From positions 1-64,000 of the forward strand of contig JALDZS010000013.1 in NCBI GenBank assembly GCA_022813965.1: a DNA stretch of 64,000 bases, read 5' to 3'. The position numbers and the translations under genes are program-made. Each line of letters starts with the position of its first letter. Within the stretch, counting starts at the first letter, position 1. The stretch comes from Toensbergia leucococca (Eukaryota). The notes beneath the pieces were generated by a model. The model was given only the letters and a program-made list of their open reading frames with translations, had not been told where the DNA came from and made no database searches. Of this stretch, positions 59,137 through 64,000 are shown in pieces.

Positions 59137-60051
59137 TTATTCGCGGAAGTCCTCATCCTCGTCCATGCCATCGACCATCTCAGGATGTCTGCTTCATGTC
59201 AGTACGTTTTGGAAAAGCTATCAAATCATGTTCCATACCCAAGAAGACCTTTCACATCCTTCATCTCATAATGTTTCTTGCGCATCTCTTCAAACTTCTT
59301 ATGCTTCTCCCGCTCCTCCGCACTCAGTCCCACATTATCACCATACCCGCTATCATCATCAACGACCACTTGCTTCTCTCCTTTCAAGCTACTAGAGCGA
59401 TGGATTCTATCATCTTCGTCCTGAGATTCAGGTACCGCTTCTTCAGGTCCTCCGAGCTCTAAACCAGGGATCTCATCCTCTTTTGTCCGTGACCTGCCAC
59501 CACCAGCCTTGTCAAGTTCATCCACGACCAAGTCGTTTGCATCCAAAGTCCTCATCTCATCCGCGTCTTCGTCGGGCTCGTATCTCTTGGCATATGGTGT
59601 CTTAGGCTCATCGATTTTCATGGTACTGCTTTTCTCTTGTTCTGTGAGGTAGAGATTGACCTCGTCCCACTTCAGTCTGGGATTTCCGTCGTCTTCGTCG
59701 ATGGTCGCAGGCCCTGAATTGGTGGATTGCCTACGTGAGACGGAACCTCGAGGATTAGAAGAATTCCGTCGGGGGCCTGCATTTTGTAGAGTGTTCTGGA
59801 GGGTAAGATCTACGCCATCGATGGCGCTGTCGGAGTCCACATGAGCTCCCAACGCTGGACTAGTTTCAAACTCACGTCTTGCAAAGGTTGGGGAGAGATG
59901 GTCGGGCGTTGGCGAGCTTTGAAAAGAGGGCTTCTTGAGAATACCTATGTTTGTCATTAGCTATAGTTCAAGAAAGATTCTTTGAGAGGATACCTTTCGG
60001 CCTTCTTGGCACGTCAGCGCCTTGCAAAGTGGTCGGTGAATACTGGGTCAT
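59137..60051 (-). CDS. GLC8: Protein phosphatase 1 inhibitor-2 (Glc8/IPP-2); exons 60051-59994, 59944-59239, 59188-59137
   Basis: KGILK (SILK motif, formed across intron 1), [16 protein letters not shown] and FEEMRKKHY. Confidence 0.93.
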
Positions 60052-61450
60052 GATGGCGGGACTTCGTGTGATGTACAGAGAGCTGCGGATGGCGCATGTG
60101 AAAGGAGAATGTAATGCACGTAGGTGTTTTAATCATCATCATGTGGGGAATAATGCAGGGAGGGAATCCACAAGTAAGATAATGACGTGTGGCCGAGGCA
60201 CTTAAGCGATCCTGCCCTAAACGCGATCATCCTGCAGGCTGCAGGTAATTGGACATTTCAACAATCCCTGCTGACCCCATCTGAGCTCGTGGCTGTCTCA
60301 AAGGATTTACCCAATATGCTGTACATATCGAATCACTGATCGTGGAACTAACATTGATACTCCGTGACACAGAACTCTCCAGGAATTGGTCGAGAAGATG
60401 AATCTGCCCTCTGTTGGAAAAGTATCAACTTTGTCTTTGCAGTAATGAGTGAGGTAGTTATCATGAATTAACGTGGCCTGACTCTCGGTTTTTCCTCCAT
60501 CGCTACTTTAGTTAAATTCCTCACCCCGAGACTGTTTGACGTTGAACCCAATCGGACCCTCGGGTCGGGGGGAAATCTCAACACCACCTTCGTGGGTGGC
60601 TTCATTATTGCTACTTGTCATGAGAGCGAGAGTCATTAGGCTTTCTTCCAAAATCTCCTATATCGGATTCAAGGTACACCATTCGCCGAGATAATCGTTG
60701 ACCAGGTTCTTTCGGCCCGATTGCGCTACATCTGTTCAGCGAATTGGTCAAAATGGAGATAATACATAGGTATACACACACTCCACGGTTGCTCTGCCCG
60801 AATATTGGGGCCTTTGAAATAGCATTTGCTTCATATCATGACTCGCTCCTATTCCAACACAGCATTGGCTCATCATCTGCTCTCGCTTTGATCAACGAAT
60901 TTACCATCCATGCTGCTCTGCGCATTATGATTTCAATTTTTTTAACGGCAGCACTTGATGAAGTCTTGTGCGGTCTTGGTACATCAGCTACGTCTTGTTC
61001 TAACTTGTACGCTGACAGTAACAAGATGGATCCTCATGTGTGTATATCAAGTGGATAGAAGCCACGTCTATCAAAATGCAGGCAGTGATAGATTAGGGGC
61101 TCTAGGAAATTAGCCGAGATTCCTCCCTACGCGTGACTTTTGACCACTTCCCCTTTATTCGCACATCTCGAGTCCTTCCCTGTGAGATCTGTATTCTTTC
61201 TCCAAAGATTGTTCCTTCGCAACAGTGGCGTCTACATTCCTCTCGCCCTCCAATTTTCACCCCTTCAGTGATTGGAATGCTACCGCCTCTCGAAGCCACG
61301 CCATGTTTCAGACACGACCAACCTCCTCAATTATGCAAACCGTGTTCTACCACCTCCTACTATGCCGTCCACTCATATTTACATCAGCTTCGTTCTACTA
61401 CGCAGGCGATGGAAGCCGACAGCGTCTGAGCTGACAGCGTCTAGGACGCA

Positions 61451-63015
61451 ATGACTCTTGATTCAAGCTCAGAGGGGTACGACGACAATGATGGACGTGG
61501 GACTTTAATTACTATTGTAGTCTCCCTCTACGTTCTGACGATTCTTTCGGTTGCACAACTCGCGTCAGCTATCTATCTTCTCTTCCAAGGAGCAGAGGAG
61601 TCTGCTGTTGGTACAGGAGAGACTCTGACCATTGCTGCGGTAAGGCGATATCTCCAAGGCATGAATTGTTGTCGCTGAAGTAAAAGATTAATAGTCTAAT
61701 CTCTCATTGGCATACCTCGTTCTTCACCTCTGCCTCTCGTGGCGGTACCGTAGAGCCGACCTACTATGCCAAAAACGAAACAGCATTCTCCGATCTGCTT
61801 GCTTTATGATCCCCCGGCTCATGATCATGGCGTGGATGTTGACTTCGGGGGTTGGGTTGGTGATAGCTGCAAAGCAGCCGTTTTGCCTATCACAGGCGTC
61901 TGGTGGGATCCTTTGGGAGAGAGGAATCTGTTGCTTGATACATCGTGCCAGCGTAGCTGGGTCCTTTTTAGCGTTGTAGGAATTTCCATTCAAGGTTTGA
62001 TACACGCTTGATCTGAAGCTAACACCTCATTAGTATTTTATCATGCACCCTCTTCTGCTCGCTCAAAGTCTCTGGGCGGCCTTTCTCGGCGACGTTCGTA
62101 GGCATATGTAAGACTTCATACCAACTTGAAACAGGGCAGAAGCCTTGTGAACAGTCTTCTATAGTCGAACGTGGAGTAGTCCATGAGGAAAGACCAAATA
62201 CTCCGAAAAGACACGATCTTCATTACTTTCGCCCGCCACCTATGAGGGTACCTTTGCGTGGATCAAGGACTTCCTGGCTCCCGCCTCTCTCTTTCCAGAT
62301 ATCGGCGAAATCTGATCAGCTCGCCACGCAGATCAGTTCAACTACTCGCCCCCTTTTGGCACGCAGATTGACCTCCGCCAACGTCTCATCTTCAGTATAT
62401 AGCCAGCCTACTTCGGCCTCGTCGCTCTCTCGGCATCCAAGTACTCTCAGCTCGCTCAGTAGCGACTCCCACAGCATTGATGCACGCACCTCCCCATTGA
62501 ACATAATGTACCGAGCTAGAACACCTGAGTTGCCCGTAATACCAGATAAGTACCGTTCGTCAAACAACGGTAGGATTAGTAGGCCCAAGCCAAGGAGACC
62601 ATCATCTAGACCAACCATGCCACCTGCGGAATTCTGGAATTACGTGTCCGCTAGTGAAAGACAGCATCGTTGTACTCAGCCCCGGCAGAGGGAATCAACA
62701 AAACGCGACCCTTCTGTGTGCCGTTACCCCATCATACGAACCCCAGCAAGAGCTATTACTGTTACGAAGGTGAGGCCGGACAAGGCGCTTTTGCGCCATA
62801 GCGAGAGACTGACTGTCGTTGGAAAAGAGCAATCCTATGAGAATCTGAGAAAGGGAGATTGCAGTACGTATGATCTACAATGTGATGATTTGGTCAAGCA
62901 TATGGCAAGGAGGTTCGAAGGCGTTGAAGAGAGCAAGAAGAACAGCGAAGGATTACAGGAGATGAAGAGGAAAAAGAGCAGGACCCTAGTGAAGAAGAGG
63001 CAGCCTTGGGATTGA
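61451..63015 (+). CDS. Hypothetical membrane protein, about 4 N-terminal TM helices plus a long Ser/Arg-rich tail; exons 61451-61639, 61695-61975, 62034-63015
   Basis: Two GT-AG introns join three ORFs in frame; exons 1-3 carry hydrophobic segments. Confidence 0.7.
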
Positions 63016-63157
63016 AGAGATGGGGAATAGAATGATTGATGATACAAGATGAAGCGTTAATGATAGATGTGTAAGTACCATTATGCCTTTCAAGGCCACA
63101 TTAAGCCTTTGAGCGCTGAGTCCGTAGTCTACCAAGGATTGTGAAGCTGCTGAGGTA

Positions 63158-64000
63158 TCAGACGGGGCTTCCGCACTTGACGCGTTTGCGTGTTCTCCTT
63201 GAGACGGCTCCTGCATCGACGTGGATGCGCTCGGCCTTTTTCTTGCCTCGTGTTTTCTCGGGCAATGGAGTTGGATTACTTTCCATGAATGGCTCTGAAG
63301 ACATGTCTTTTCGGTGCATGGCATCATCGACGTCTAGGGGCTTCGAGCACCATCCGCTCCAATTTGCCAAGTTTTCCTGATTGTTCCAATTGATCTTGCC
63401 CTCTCTTTTATCATCGAAATGATCCGATATCCAACTCGCCACCACCTTTCCCGTCTTCTCCCCAACGGACATGGTTCCCTTGCTAGGTCTCACATTCATG
63501 CCATGATCGGCGTCTCGAACCACCACTCTCCATGTTTTACAACTCATCTTCATCCGCACCTCTTCTAGCCTATCAAGATTGCACATGGAGTCCCTATCTC
63601 CTGTTACAAAAATCACTTCTGTAGATGACGATAAGTCGAGCAGAATTTGATCTCGGACGACTTTGTCAGTGTGTAATGGATAGCTGATCAACACCAAATA
63701 TTTTGTGTTCTTTGAAGCAGCCTTGACTGCGGCTCGAGCACCCATACTTCGGCCTCCAAGACACGTGGAAAAGTTGTTATGTTTACTAACGGTGTTAAAC
63801 ATGTTGATTCGAGAATTGAGGTTTATGTTCCCTTGAAAGCACACAAGAGGTAACTGAGATGAGAATCCCTTGGCGAAGTGTGCAATTCCATCCGATGATA
63901 GTGTACCTCCTGCACCATGAGTGAAAATCAAGGCAGGAGTACTTGCTTTGTCGACATCAGGGGATGACGCAATGCAGTGAATTGACTTTGGGACAAAATC
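63158..64000 (-). CDS. KANL3/Tex30-like alpha/beta hydrolase, 5' end outside the window
   Basis: Motifs LIFTHGAGG, LGGRSMGARAA, ISYPLH, FVTGDRDSMC and ADHGM. Confidence 0.85.
   Translation of the reverse strand, partial: DFVPKSIHCIASSPDVDKASTPALIFTHGAGGTLSSDGIAHFAKGFSSQLPLVCFQGNINLNSRINMFNTVSKHNNFSTCLGGRSMGARAAVKAASKNTKYLVLISYPLHTDKVVRDQILLDLSSSTEVIFVTGDRDSMCNLDRLEEVRMKMSCKTWRVVVRDADHGMNVRPSKGTMSVGEKTGKVVASWISDHFDDKREGKINWNNQENLANWSGWCSKPLDVDDAMHRKDMSSEPFMESNPTPLPEKTRGKKKAERIHVDAGAVSRRTRKRVKCGSPV

Noticed and set aside
1..64000. CRISPR arrays, rRNA genes, telomeric repeats, TPP riboswitch
   Set aside because: No repeat-spacer array, rRNA sequence, (TTAGGG)n tract or TPP aptamer motif was seen.

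Overview
Eukaryotic, intron-containing DNA from a filamentous ascomycete (Pezizomycotina). Most introns are GT-AG, about 45-60 bp, with CTAAC/CTGAC branch points. I built the gene models by hand by joining ORFs across splice sites. Core-like genes: MDR/enoyl-reductase-like dehydrogenase, M18 aminopeptidase (Ape1-like), Pro-1 tautomerase, lanosterol synthase ERG7, bli-4-like SDR, a large RasGAP-like/VPS9-like/Sel1-like protein, secreted histidine phosphatase, DUF3431 protein, PP1 inhibitor-2 (GLC8) and a KANL3/Tex30-like hydrolase. Accessory-type genes: an intronless PaaK-like adenylate-forming ligase next to a decayed SET-domain gene, a pepsin-fold membrane protein without catalytic aspartates, an F-box-like/ankyrin gene, a secreted protein with one in-frame TAG, a CorA-like gene, an amidohydrolase and an apparently intact SesB-like lipase-NACHT-ankyrin NLR. 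The 45.6-53.4 kb stretch is a decayed zone with stop-riddled relics, Gypsy and LINE RT fragments and a diverged duplicated exon. Most notable: a GAPVD1/RME-6-like architecture in a fungal hypothetical protein, recurrent C-rich to G-rich strand switches that run through coding sequence, a MITE-like element in the NLR promoter and an AtrR-type CGG-N12-CCG plus CCAAT module upstream of ERG7. Family assignments come from remembered motifs; no searches were run. Several single-base frameshifts could be assembly errors.
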